From an uncultured Hymenobacter sp. (GTDB lineage: Bacteria; Bacteroidota; Bacteroidia; Cytophagales; Hymenobacteraceae), in NCBI GenBank assembly GCA_964242665.1, contig CAXTBA010000014.1:7885-71884 (forward strand): 64,000 nt of DNA, in the 5' to 3' direction. Numbering within the stretch: the first letter of the stretch is position 1; each line of letters begins with the position of its first letter. A program made the position numbers and the translations under genes. A model generated the notes under the pieces. That model was not told the origin of the DNA, made no database searches, and worked only from the letters and a program-made list of their open reading frames with translations. Below, piece by piece: positions 38,622 through 48,236 of the stretch.

Positions 38622-41600
38622 ATGAGAAATATTTCTTCGTTTGTGAAAGCTGTGCGGGGCGCGTGCGCACTGGCAATGTTGGCGGCTGTGGCGGCCCCGG
38701 CCCGGGCCCAGACGGCGCAGGAACAGTTCGGGCGGGTGCGCATTCAATACAAAACGTTTAATTGGCAGCAGTACAGCACCCAGAACTTCACGGTGATGTA
38801 CTACAACGACAACGAGCCCGCCGCCCGCCGCGCCGTCGATTACGCCGAGAAGGAATTGCAGCGCGTCACGGCCCTCATCGGGTACTACCCGTACGCCAAA
38901 ACCACCCTGATGCTCTACAACTCGGTGGGCGACCTGCGCCAGAGCAACATCGGCCTCGACCCCAACCCCGAAACCGTGGCCGGCGGCGACGCGCCCCTGG
39001 CCCGCATGAGCAAGGTGCAGATTGCCTTCACGGGCCAGCAAACCGACTTCAAGCGCGAGATTAGCTACCAGCTCACGCAGGTGCTGCTGAACGATATGAT
39101 GTACGGCGGCTCGCTGCGTGAAGTGCTGCAAAGCAGCTACTTGCTGCAACTGCCCGATTGGTTCGTGACCGGGGCCTCGGCCTACGCCGCCGAGGGCTGG
39201 AGCGTGAACATGGACGGCTACATGCGCGACATGACCCGGCTGTACCCCAGCGGCAACCGCACGGCCCCGTTCTTCATCCGCGACCCGCGCCTGGCCGGCC
39301 AGAGCATCTGGAACTACATCGCCGAGCGCTACGGCTACACTACCATTCAGAACATTCTGAACCTGACGCGCATCACCCGCGACGCGGAGGTGGGCATCAG
39401 TTCCTCGCTGAACGTGCCTTACAAAGTGTTTATGCGCGACTGGCTGGCCTACTACCGGGGCCTGAATACACAAGCCGCCACGGCCGCGCTGGCCCAGCCC
39501 GACCCGAAGTTTCAGGTGGGTAACCGCAACCGCCGGGCCCTTATTTACTCGCAGCCCGTCCTCAGCCCCAACGGCCAACAACTGGCCTATGCCGTGAACG
39601 AGTTGGGCCGCTACCGCGTGGTGGTGGCCAGCCGCGACGGCAGCCACCGCCGCACCGTGGGCCGCGGCGGCTACAAAACCCCTGACCAGCAGGTAGAAAC
39701 CCGTTTGCCGGCCCTGGCCTGGCGCGGTAATAGCCAAGTGGCCGTGGCTGAGATGAACCAGGGCGTGATGGCCTTGCACCTGCGCGAGGCCAGCGGCAGC
39801 AATTTGCTCGACCGCTTTAGTACGATTGTGAAGTTTCGGCGACCGACTTCGCTGTTTCAGAGTTACGACCAGGTGCTGGACATGAGTTATTCGGCCGATG
39901 GCAAGTCGTTGGTGTTTAGCGCTGTGCGCGGCGGGCAAAACGATTTGTACGTGCTGCGGGCCGGCAGCCGCCAAGCCGAGCAGCTCACCAACGACTTGTT
40001 TGATGACGTGCAGCCGGTGTTTTTGCCCGGCGGGCAGGGCATTGTGTTCAGCTCCAACCGCTACCTCGACTCGCTGGGGCGGGCGCGGCCGGCCACGTTC
40101 CCCAACGTGGTGAACAACTACGACCTGTTTCTCTACCACCTCGACGGGCGGGCCCTGCCGGTGGAAGCCCTGGCCAGCACCATCTCCAACGAAACCCGGC
40201 CCCGTGCGATTTCCGACGACGAAATTTTGTACCTGGGCGAAGACAGTGGCGTGCGCAGCCTGCACCGCTACTCGCTCAAAACCAAGGAGCGCACCCTGCT
40301 GACGAGCTTCCTGCCTAATATCAACGACTTCGATTACAGCCCCGCGACTACCGCGCTGGCGTTTGTGGCCCCGGCGCAGGCGCGCGACGTCCTTTACGCC
40401 TACCCCAAGTTTGAGCTGCCCGCGGCCCTGCCCGCCGTAAAAACCGCCCGCCAGCAAACCCTGGAAGACCGTTCGGCTGCCCCGGTGGCTGCCAAAACGG
40501 CCCCTCGGGTCACGACGCCGACGGCGGCGGCCGACAGCGCAGCGGCCCCGGCCGGCGCGCGCGGGGCCCGCCGCACGGCCAGCGAAACCGTGAACACCAG
40601 CGACTACGTGTTTGAGGAAGACGAGCCCGTGCGGCCCACGCGCCCGGCCCCCCGGCGCGGCCCCGTCAACAAGGTGCTGCCCGAAGTGCCCCTGGTGGCC
40701 GGTCCCTACCGCTACGACACGCGCTTCATGGCCGACAACGTTACCACTTCGCTATACTCCGACCCGCTGCTGGGCATTGGCCTGCAATTTCGGGCCCACC
40801 TGAACGACGTGCTTGAAAACCAGCGTATCGAGGCCGGGCTGTTTGGATTGTTCGACCTGCGTACCAGCAACATCAACGCGTCGTACACCAACCTCACCCA
40901 CCGCATCGACTGGTCGGTGGCCTACCGGAAGCAGGCGTATTTTTTCGACTTTGACGATGGGTCTACCTACCGCTACGGCCGTCACGAAGCCTCCGTCACC
41001 TTCGCGTACCCGCTCACCCACAACCTGAGCCTGCGGGCCGGGCCGCGCTACGAAATTACCAGCCGCACCCGCATTAGCAACTTCCTCACCAACCTCGACC
41101 TCAACCAGAACTACCTGGGTTACAATGCTGAGCTGGTGTTCGACAATTCCATTGCCACCGGCGTGAACATGTTGCGCGGCACCCGTATGAAGGTGGCCGT
41201 GGAGCAGCTACGGGGCGTGGGCGACCAAGCCCTAAACTTCGGCAAGCTGACCATCGACCTGCGCCACTACCAAAAAATCCACCGCTCCATCATCTGGGCC
41301 AATCGGGCCAGCTACGGGCAGTTTTTTGGGCCGAACGCCCAATATTTCCGGCTGGGCGGCATGGACAACTGGTTTATTCCGAACTATAAAGACGACCGGG
41401 TGCTGTTCCAGCCCAACGTGCCGGTTCCCGACCCCAGCCAATTATTCAACCAGCAATTCGTAACCAACCTGCGGGGCTTCGACTACAGCACCCGCACGGG
41501 TACTCGCTACGTGTTGTTCAACAGCGAGTTGCGGGTGCCCATTATACAATATCTCTCACGGCGGCCCATCTATTCGGCCTTTCTGCGCAACTTTCAGATT

Positions 41601-41867
41601 ACGGGCTTCGTGGACGCGGGAACGGCTTACATCGGCGGCAACCCGTTCAGCGTCGAGAACTCGAACAACACCTTGCCCTTCGGCGGCAACGGCAGCCCCT
41701 TCTCCGGCACCATCACCAACTTCAGCAACCCGCTGCTGGTGGGTTACGGCGGGGGCATCCGTAGCACGCTCTTCGGCTTTTATGGCAAAGCCGACGTGGC
41801 CTGGGGCCGGGAAAACTACATCACCAACCCGCCCAAGTTCTATTTCACGCTGGGTTACGACTTCTAA
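38622..41867 (+). CDS. Large outer membrane protein: peptidase-like N-domain, PD40/TolB propeller, Omp85-like barrel
   Basis: Signal peptide; LPDWFVTG; SPNG/SADG/FSSNR repeats; NLRGF; C-terminal YFTLGYDF. Confidence 0.8.
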   Translation: MRNISSFVKAVRGACALAMLAAVAAPARAQTAQEQFGRVRIQYKTFNWQQYSTQNFTVMYYNDNEPAARRAVDYAEKELQRVTALIGYYPYAKTTLMLYNSVGDLRQSNIGLDPNPETVAGGDAPLARMSKVQIAFTGQQTDFKREISYQLTQVLLNDMMYGGSLREVLQSSYLLQLPDWFVTGASAYAAEGWSVNMDGYMRDMTRLYPSGNRTAPFFIRDPRLAGQSIWNYIAERYGYTTIQNILNLTRITRDAEVGISSSLNVPYKVFMRDWLAYYRGLNTQAATAALAQPDPKFQVGNRNRRALIYSQPVLSPNGQQLAYAVNELGRYRVVVASRDGSHRRTVGRGGYKTPDQQVETRLPALAWRGNSQVAVAEMNQGVMALHLREASGSNLLDRFSTIVKFRRPTSLFQSYDQVLDMSYSADGKSLVFSAVRGGQNDLYVLRAGSRQAEQLTNDLFDDVQPVFLPGGQGIVFSSNRYLDSLGRARPATFPNVVNNYDLFLYHLDGRALPVEALASTISNETRPRAISDDEILYLGEDSGVRSLHRYSLKTKERTLLTSFLPNINDFDYSPATTALAFVAPAQARDVLYAYPKFELPAALPAVKTARQQTLEDRSAAPVAAKTAPRVTTPTAAADSAAAPAGARGARRTASETVNTSDYVFEEDEPVRPTRPAPRRGPVNKVLPEVPLVAGPYRYDTRFMADNVTTSLYSDPLLGIGLQFRAHLNDVLENQRIEAGLFGLFDLRTSNINASYTNLTHRIDWSVAYRKQAYFFDFDDGSTYRYGRHEASVTFAYPLTHNLSLRAGPRYEITSRTRISNFLTNLDLNQNYLGYNAELVFDNSIATGVNMLRGTRMKVAVEQLRGVGDQALNFGKLTIDLRHYQKIHRSIIWANRASYGQFFGPNAQYFRLGGMDNWFIPNYKDDRVLFQPNVPVPDPSQLFNQQFVTNLRGFDYSTRTGTRYVLFNSELRVPIIQYLSRRPIYSAFLRNFQITGFVDAGTAYIGGNPFSVENSNNTLPFGGNGSPFSGTITNFSNPLLVGYGGGIRSTLFGFYGKADVAWGRENYITNPPKFYFTLGYDF

Positions 41868-42017
41868 TCGCAGATTTTAGAACGGTCCGGGCGGCCAGCT
41901 TTTCGCCGGCTGCCCGGTAATCGCCAGGGTCCCGGGGACTGTTGCAACAATGCAACGATTACCGGGCGGCCGGCGAAAAGCTGGCCGCCCGGGGGCATTC
42001 GCGCCGGGCATAGGTCG

Positions 42018-42025
42018 TATCTTTG
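42018..42025 (+). promoter_or_regulatory. -7 element for the ccm operon
   Basis: TATCTTTG 24 bp upstream of GTG 42049. Confidence 0.55.
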
Positions 42026-42048
42026 CGCCCCGAAACCGACTTCTGGCC

Positions 42049-42723
42049 GTGCCCTTGCTCCGCGAAATTTCCACCCTGCTCGCCAAAGACTTTCGCCTGG
42101 AATGGCGGCAGCGGGCGGCGTTAGGCGGGCTGCTGCTGTACGTGGGCAGCACGGTGTTCGTGTGCTTTCTGAGCTTCAGCCTGCGCGGCGGCCAGCCCCC
42201 GCCCCCGGCCTGGAACGCGCTGTTTTGGGTGATTTTGCTGTTTGCGGCCATCAACGCCGTGGCCAAAGGCTTCATGCAGGAAAGTCCCGGCCAGCGCCTC
42301 TACTACTACACGCTGGTAGGGCCCCAGGCCATCATCCTGGCCAAAATGCTGTACAACGCGCTGTTGCTGCTGGGCGTGGGCGTGCTGGGACTGTTTCTGT
42401 ACACCATCTTTTTGGGTAATCCTATTCAAGACTTGGCGCTGTTTGTGGCCAACCTGGCGTTGGGGGCCGTCGGTTTTGCCACCACGCTCACGCTGGTTTC
42501 GGGCATCGCGGCCAAAGCCGGCGGCAACGGGGCCACGCTAATGGCGGTGCTTGGCTTTCCGGTAATGATTCCAATGCTTTTGCTGTTGATCAAGGTCAGC
42601 AAGAACGCCCTCGACGGCCTCGACCGCGGCCTGAGCCAGCAGTCCATCATTACGCTGCTGGCCCTGAACGTGATTGTGGCCGCGGTATCGTATTTGCTGT
42701 TTCCTTTTTTGTGGCGCGGTTAA
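42049..42723 (+). CDS. ccmB: Heme exporter CcmB
   Basis: KDFRLEWR, LFWVILLF, LMAVLGFP; ccm context; GTG start inferred. Confidence 0.88.
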   Translation: MPLLREISTLLAKDFRLEWRQRAALGGLLLYVGSTVFVCFLSFSLRGGQPPPPAWNALFWVILLFAAINAVAKGFMQESPGQRLYYYTLVGPQAIILAKMLYNALLLLGVGVLGLFLYTIFLGNPIQDLALFVANLALGAVGFATTLTLVSGIAAKAGGNGATLMAVLGFPVMIPMLLLLIKVSKNALDGLDRGLSQQSIITLLALNVIVAAVSYLLFPFLWRG

Positions 42724-42735
42724 AACCAGTTCGTT

Positions 42736-43494
42736 ATGAGCAAAGCAGCTTTAGGAATCATCATCTCTATCATCAGCCTTGTCGTCACCGTCGGGGCCGT
42801 GTGGGGCGGACAGCGACTGATTGAGTCGCGCGGCCGGGGCCTGTGGAAATGGGTGGCGGTGGTGCTCATCATAGGCTCGGCCGTGGCCGGCTTGCTCATC
42901 CCGGTGCCGCGCCTGCCGATTGTAAATGAGAGCATCCGCAACCTGTTTTTCCACGTGCCCATGTGGTTCGGGATGATCATGGTGATGCTCGTCTCCATCG
43001 TGTACTCCATGCAGTACCTGCGGCGGCCTTCGGCGCGGCTCGACATCCTGGCCCACGAGGCGGCCAAAACCGGCATCCTGCTGGGCGTGCTGGGCCTGGC
43101 TACTGGCAGCTTGTGGGCCCGCTACACCTGGGGGGCCTGGTGGACGCCCGACCCCCGCCTGAACGCCGCCGCCGTGGCCTTGCTCATCTATGGGGCCTAC
43201 CTGGTGCTGCGTGGCTCGTTCCGCGACGACCAGCAGCGGGCGCGGGTTTCGGCCATCTACAACATCTTCGCGTTCGCGGCGGCCATTCCGCTGCTGTTCA
43301 TCCTACCCCGCATTTCGGGCAACAGCCTGCACCCGGGCCAGACCGGCAATCCCGGTTTCAACAAGTACGACCTCGACAGCACCATGCGACCCGTATTTTA
43401 CGCGGCCGTCATCGGCTGGATTTTGTTTGCTTTCTGGCTTACCCAGGTCAGCAGCCGGCTGACGCTCCTCCAACACCAACACGATGACCAATAA
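42736..43494 (+). CDS. ccmC: Cytochrome c biogenesis CcmC
   Basis: FFHVP, WARYTWGAWWTPDPRL (WWD-like), SLHP. Confidence 0.92.
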   Translation: MSKAALGIIISIISLVVTVGAVWGGQRLIESRGRGLWKWVAVVLIIGSAVAGLLIPVPRLPIVNESIRNLFFHVPMWFGMIMVMLVSIVYSMQYLRRPSARLDILAHEAAKTGILLGVLGLATGSLWARYTWGAWWTPDPRLNAAAVALLIYGAYLVLRGSFRDDQQRARVSAIYNIFAFAAAIPLLFILPRISGNSLHPGQTGNPGFNKYDLDSTMRPVFYAAVIGWILFAFWLTQVSSRLTLLQHQHDDQ

Positions 43495-43753
43495 GTTTTT
43501 GCGGTACTTCGCCGCCGTTTGCTTCGTATTTCAACTGATGCTGGGCCTCGCCGCGCAAGCCTGGGCCCAGGCCCCCGGGGGCCCCGACAACCCTGCAATG
43601 GCCGACGACTTGCGCGCTAGCGGCAAAATTTACGTCGTGGTGGCGGCCGTAGTGGTCATCATTGCCGGGCTGTTGGGGTACCTGATTGCCCTCGACCGCA
43701 AAGTGGGCCGCCTGGAAAAGCGAACCGCTAACGCTGATGGATTTAACGGCTAA
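43484..43753 (+). CDS. ccmD: CcmD-family protein
   Basis: GKIYVVV TM helix followed by LDRKVGRLE; lies between ccmC and ccmE. Confidence 0.8.
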   Translation: MTNKFLRYFAAVCFVFQLMLGLAAQAWAQAPGGPDNPAMADDLRASGKIYVVVAAVVVIIAGLLGYLIALDRKVGRLEKRTANADGFNG

Positions 43754-43870
43754 AGCGGATTCTTTTATCCCACTTTGGTTGTTATTATTATCGCTACTGT
43801 ACTGAACCAGTCTTTTCAGAAAGCTTTTGAGCTTGATTTTATTCGTAACATCCGTTAGCATCTGCGATTC
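43722..43870. repeat. Degenerate 9-bp-period inverted repeat between ccmD and ccmE
   Basis: GAACCGCTAACGCTGATGGATTTAACGG vs ATTCGTAACATCCGTTAGCATCTGCGATTC, about 20/30 complementary. Confidence 0.5.
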
Positions 43871-44299
43871 GTGAAGAAAACCCACATTTTCGTCATCGCC
43901 ATCATCGCCGTCGCGGCGGGCATCATCCTCAGCACCACGGCCGACGCCAGCGTGTACGTGCTCTTCGGCGAAGCCCGCCAACGCGCCGCCGAGGGTAATG
44001 CCACCAAAGTGCACGTGGTGGGCCGCCTGCCCCGCGACCCACAAAACCATCCCATCGGCCTGCAATACGACCCGATGGTAGACCCTAACTACTTCGCTTT
44101 CACGCTCGTCGATTCGACGCACGTGGCCCAGCGCGTGGTGTACAACAACCCCAAGCCCCAGGATTTCGAAACTTCGGAGCAGGTCGTCATCACCGGGGCC
44201 ATGCGCGACAACGTGTTCATGGCCGACAATATCCTGTTGAAGTGCCCGAGCAAGTACGTGAAAAAGGACCTGAAAGGCACCGAGGTAGCGACCAAGTAA
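43871..44299 (+). CDS. ccmE: Cytochrome c maturation protein CcmE (CxxxY variant)
   Basis: N-terminal TM, KPQDF..SEQVVITG, LLKCPSKY. Confidence 0.92.
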   Translation: MKKTHIFVIAIIAVAAGIILSTTADASVYVLFGEARQRAAEGNATKVHVVGRLPRDPQNHPIGLQYDPMVDPNYFAFTLVDSTHVAQRVVYNNPKPQDFETSEQVVITGAMRDNVFMADNILLKCPSKYVKKDLKGTEVATK

Positions 44300-44342
44300 C
44301 GCAGCGTTGAGCCGCCGCGCCACCCCAACTACAACCAGCCCG

Positions 44343-45482
44343 ATGCGGTGCGGCCCTTGGCTGCGGGCAGTATTGCGGCTGGTTTTTTTGTGTCAGTTGC
44401 TAGCCGTGTTTTGCCCGGGGGCCCTGCTGGCCCAGGTAGCCAACGACAACATCGGAAACCGCCGGGTGCTGCAAGCCGGCGAAACCATTACGTCCAACAC
44501 CACGGGCTGCACCGTGCAACGCGCTTGCGTGGACGAGCACCTGACCGGCCAGTGCATTCAATACCACAACGACCAGTGGTTTGAATTCACGCCGCGCACG
44601 GCAGGTCGCTACTTCGTGAACATCGGCGGGCAGCGGTGCCGCGACGTGCGCGGCGTGTAGCTGGTGGTGCTCATTGGGCAGCCGTGCCGACCTGCCACCT
44701 ACCACGTGCTCAGCTGCACCTCGCTCGGCACCCAGGACGACGTGTTCGTGGCCCTGGATGGCTTGCAGGCCGGCCAGCCCTACCTGCTGGACGTGGACGG
44801 CTACCTAAAGGATTTCTGCCAGTTCACGCTGCAAGTGAGCGACCGGGCCGTGGGCGTGCCGGCCGAGCCGGAGGCCCCGTCGTTGTCCGGGGCCCTGCCG
44901 GGTACCAGCCGCGTGGTCAGTATTAATTGGACGCTGCCCGATTCGCTGGCCGGGGCCCCGCGCTGCCGCATCTTGCGCCGTGAGCAGCACGAGTTTCGCA
45001 GCGCCGAGCTTCGCCGGGTGCCGGTTGCGCGCACTAGTTACGGCGACCGGCCCGCTGCCTTTGCCACCGCCGACACGCTGCCTCGGCCCGGCTACTACCT
45101 CTACCAAGTAGTGGCCGACGCCGCGGCCGGCAGTTCTACGCCACCGGTTTTGTTGAAGCAGTTTTGGGTTGCCTACAGCCAGCCGAACCCGCTGCTGGGG
45201 GCCCTGGCGGCGGGGCCGCACTTGGTACTGCCGTTGCAGAAGTATCCGCGCAAGGCCAATTTATCGGTGCTAGTGACGGATGCCATAAACGGCAAAATCT
45301 TGTTGAATAAGCAGCTGATTAGTCAACCAAACGACCCAGAAATGGGTTGGGTTAGTACGGGCGCTCGGCAGGCGGCGTGCATCCAAAAAGTGGCTGTTTC
45401 CATCACCTGCCACCCGCCGCACGGTCGTTTCACTACCGACCGTTTGCTGCTGGACGTGCCAGCGGCGACGGCGGCACCGTAA
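44343..45482 (+). pseudogene. Secreted Cys-rich protein gene interrupted by one in-frame TAG
   Basis: Signal peptide; a single frame from ATG 44343 to TAA 45482 with only TAG 44658-44660 (CRDVRGV*LVVL). Confidence 0.75.
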
Positions 45483-45505
45483 ATTTGCCCGATATTCTGA
45501 TTCCT

Positions 45506-48136
45506 ATGAACCTATTAGTTGGAAACATTGGCCACTTGAGCGTTATCGTGGCGTTTGTGGCGGCCGTGGTGGCGGCATACGCCTACTTCCAGGCCACCCG
45601 GGGCCGGGCCCTGGGCGAGGTGGACGCGAGTTGGCAGCGGCTGGGGCGCGGCGCGTTTTTCGTGCACGGCGCGGCGGTGCTGGCCGTGGTGGGCTGCTTG
45701 TTCGACATCATCTACCACCACCGCTACGAGTACTACTACGCCTGGAGCCACAGTTCCAACCACCTGCCCATCAAGTACATGATATCGTGCTTCTGGGCCG
45801 GGCAAGAGGGCAGTTTCCTGCTTTGGATCTTCTGGCAAGTGGTGCTGGGCTTTGGCATTATGGTGTTCAACAAGAAATGGGAAGCGCCGGTGCTGGCCGT
45901 GTTCAGCGCCGTGCAAGCGTTTCTGGTGAGCATGATAGTGGGCGTGGTGGCTGGGGGCCTTAAAATCGGTTCCTCGCCGTTCATGCTGTTGCGCGAGTTC
46001 CTCACCGACCTGCCGGTGTGGAAGACCAACCCCAACTTTGTGCCCAAGGACGGCACTGGCCTCAACGCCCTGCTCCAGAACTACTGGATGGTGATTCACC
46101 CGCCCACGCTGTTTTTGGGGTTTGCCCTTACGCTGGTGCCGTTTGCCTTCGCCATCGCCGCACTCTGGAAGAAAGAGCTGACGGCCTGGGTAAAACCTGC
46201 CATACCGTGGAGCCTGGTGGGCGGCGGCGTGCTGGGCGTGGGCGTGGTGATGGGGGCCTACTGGGCCTACGAAACCCTCAACTTCGGTGGCTACTGGAAC
46301 TGGGACCCGGTCGAAAATGCCGTCTACATTCCGTGGCTAGTGCTGGTGGCGGGCCTGCACGGCCTGGTGCTGTGGCAGCGCCGCCGCACGGGCCTGCGCA
46401 CGGCTTACGCGCTGATTATTGCCACGTTCGTGTTGGTGCTTTATGCTACGTTCCTTACCCGCAGCGGCGTGCTGGGCAACGCTTCGGTGCATTCGTTTAC
46501 CGATTTGGGTTTGTCAGGTCAGCTGCTGATTTACCTGGGTTTCTTCACGGCATTGTCGGTGGGCCTGCTAGTTTGGCGCTGGAAAGACATCCCGGTTTCG
46601 CCGAAAGAACTCACCATGTACAGCCCCGAGCTGTGGGTGTTTGTGGGCGCGACGGTGCTGTGCCTGGGGGCTTTCCAGGTGCTGTTCACTACTAGTATTC
46701 CGGTGTATAATTCAATCGTTAAGGCATTTGGTATTACATCAGATGTGGCGCTAGTTCTGCCATTTGTCAAATTGACCCTTATCAAAGCCAATGCAGCGTT
46801 GCCGGTTGACCAAGTGGCCCATTACTCCAAGCTGCAATTGTGGATGGGCGTAGGCGTGGGCCTGCTTTCGGGGCTGGGCCAAGTGATGTGGTGGCAGCGC
46901 AACGACAAGGAAACCTTGCTCAATGCCCTCACGCCGTCGGTGCTGCTGGCCTTGCTGGGCACGGCCCTGGCAGTGCTGCTGATTCGCTACAACGGCCTCA
47001 CGATCTCGCCGGCCTACGTGGTGCTGTTCCTGGCTGGGTTGTTTGGCGTGCTGGCCAATCTGGGCACGCTCTTCACGCTGGCGCGGCGTGGCATCAAGCT
47101 CTCGGGTGGGGCCCTGGCCCATCTCGGGGTGGCGCTGATGCTGCTCGGCATCCTGGCTTCGTCGGGCTACTCGGCCATCATTTCGCGCAACGTGTCGGGT
47201 TTGCTTTATTCACGCGAATTCTCGGAAGACATCAACCGCGACAACGTGCTGCTGTACCGCAACGAGGCCGCGCCCATGCACGGCTACCAACTCACGTACT
47301 CAGGCCAGTATTTTGAAGTGCCCGGCGTGCCTGGCTACGTGAACAAGCAAGCATTGTTCCGCACCGACGACGATTACAAAACCCTGGCCCGCACCGATAT
47401 TAAGGTCGGTGATAAGCTGTACTACAAGACCGGCGATACGGTGGCCATCACTCCGGAAAACACTTACTACCGCGTCGATTACACCAATAAGGCCTCGGGC
47501 GAGCAGTTCACGCTCTACCCCCGGGCCCAGGTGAACGAGGAAATGGGCGGCATCCTGGCTTCGCCCGACATCAAGCACTTCTGGGGCCACGACATTTACA
47601 CCCACATCAGCGGGGCCCCCGACACGCGCAAAGACAAGCAGTGGAGCGAGCCCAAGGAGCACACGCTGAGCGTGGGCGACACGATTTTCCTCAACGACTA
47701 CTTCGCCGTGTTCCGCGCCATTGAGCCGGCGCACGAAACCGTGGGCCTGAACTTGCAGAAAGGCGATTTGGCCTTGCAGGCCGACATGATTGTGTCGGGC
47801 GAGCAGCGGCAGTACCATTGCCACCCGCTGTTTGTGGTGCGCAACCGCTTGGTGGGCCGCGTGCCCGACGAAGTAGAAGACCTGGGCATCCGCCTCACCC
47901 TTAACACGGTCGATCCGGTAAAGGGCAAATTCACCTTCGGCGTGAGTACCACCCAGAAGGACTACATCATCCTCAAGGCGATGCAAAAGCCGTTCATCAA
48001 CCTGCTGTGGAGCGGCACGCTGCTCATGGCCCTGGGCTTCGGCCTGAGCCTGCGCCAGCGCAACAGCAAGCGCCACGCCGAGCCCGAAGCCGGCCCCGTT
48101 GCCGAGCCCCGGACGCGATTGGAACCGGTAGCGTAG
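45506..48136 (+). CDS. ccmF: Cytochrome c biogenesis CcmF (heme lyase)
   Basis: WAGQEGSFLLW, GLNALLQN, HPP, WAYETLNFGGYWNWDPVENA, SVHSF, KPFINLLW. Confidence 0.95.
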   Translation: MNLLVGNIGHLSVIVAFVAAVVAAYAYFQATRGRALGEVDASWQRLGRGAFFVHGAAVLAVVGCLFDIIYHHRYEYYYAWSHSSNHLPIKYMISCFWAGQEGSFLLWIFWQVVLGFGIMVFNKKWEAPVLAVFSAVQAFLVSMIVGVVAGGLKIGSSPFMLLREFLTDLPVWKTNPNFVPKDGTGLNALLQNYWMVIHPPTLFLGFALTLVPFAFAIAALWKKELTAWVKPAIPWSLVGGGVLGVGVVMGAYWAYETLNFGGYWNWDPVENAVYIPWLVLVAGLHGLVLWQRRRTGLRTAYALIIATFVLVLYATFLTRSGVLGNASVHSFTDLGLSGQLLIYLGFFTALSVGLLVWRWKDIPVSPKELTMYSPELWVFVGATVLCLGAFQVLFTTSIPVYNSIVKAFGITSDVALVLPFVKLTLIKANAALPVDQVAHYSKLQLWMGVGVGLLSGLGQVMWWQRNDKETLLNALTPSVLLALLGTALAVLLIRYNGLTISPAYVVLFLAGLFGVLANLGTLFTLARRGIKLSGGALAHLGVALMLLGILASSGYSAIISRNVSGLLYSREFSEDINRDNVLLYRNEAAPMHGYQLTYSGQYFEVPGVPGYVNKQALFRTDDDYKTLARTDIKVGDKLYYKTGDTVAITPENTYYRVDYTNKASGEQFTLYPRAQVNEEMGGILASPDIKHFWGHDIYTHISGAPDTRKDKQWSEPKEHTLSVGDTIFLNDYFAVFRAIEPAHETVGLNLQKGDLALQADMIVSGEQRQYHCHPLFVVRNRLVGRVPDEVEDLGIRLTLNTVDPVKGKFTFGVSTTQKDYIILKAMQKPFINLLWSGTLLMALGFGLSLRQRNSKRHAEPEAGPVAEPRTRLEPVA

Positions 48137-48145
48137 CTGGATTTG

Positions 48146-48224
48146 GAATTAAAAATTAAAAATGAAGAATTAAAAATGGCGGTGAACAACTCATTTTTAA
48201 TTCTTCATTTTTAATTTTTAATTC
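48146..48224. repeat. Perfect 33-bp heptamer inverted repeat (GAATTAA type)
   Basis: GAATTAAAAATTAAAAATGAAGAATTAAAAATG, a 13-nt loop, then the exact reverse complement. Confidence 0.95.
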
Positions 48225-48236
48225 AACCAAAAACGC

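Noticed and set aside
38616-40457. Long antisense ORFs (613 aa here; also 23496-24992, 61730-63265 and many others)
   Set aside because: Shadow frames of well-supported genes caused by high GC3; no recognisable motifs.
43871-44299. CcmE lacking the heme-binding His
   Set aside because: CxxxY is a described CcmE variant, not novel.
14243-44660. Stop-codon reassignment or pyrrolysine suggested by two in-frame TAGs
   Set aside because: Many core genes (recO, aspS, mreB, mrdA, ccmF) end properly at TAG, and no pyl genes are visible.
48146-48224. Heptamer arrays as CRISPR or tRNA
   Set aside because: No repeat-spacer alternation, no cas genes, no cloverleaf.
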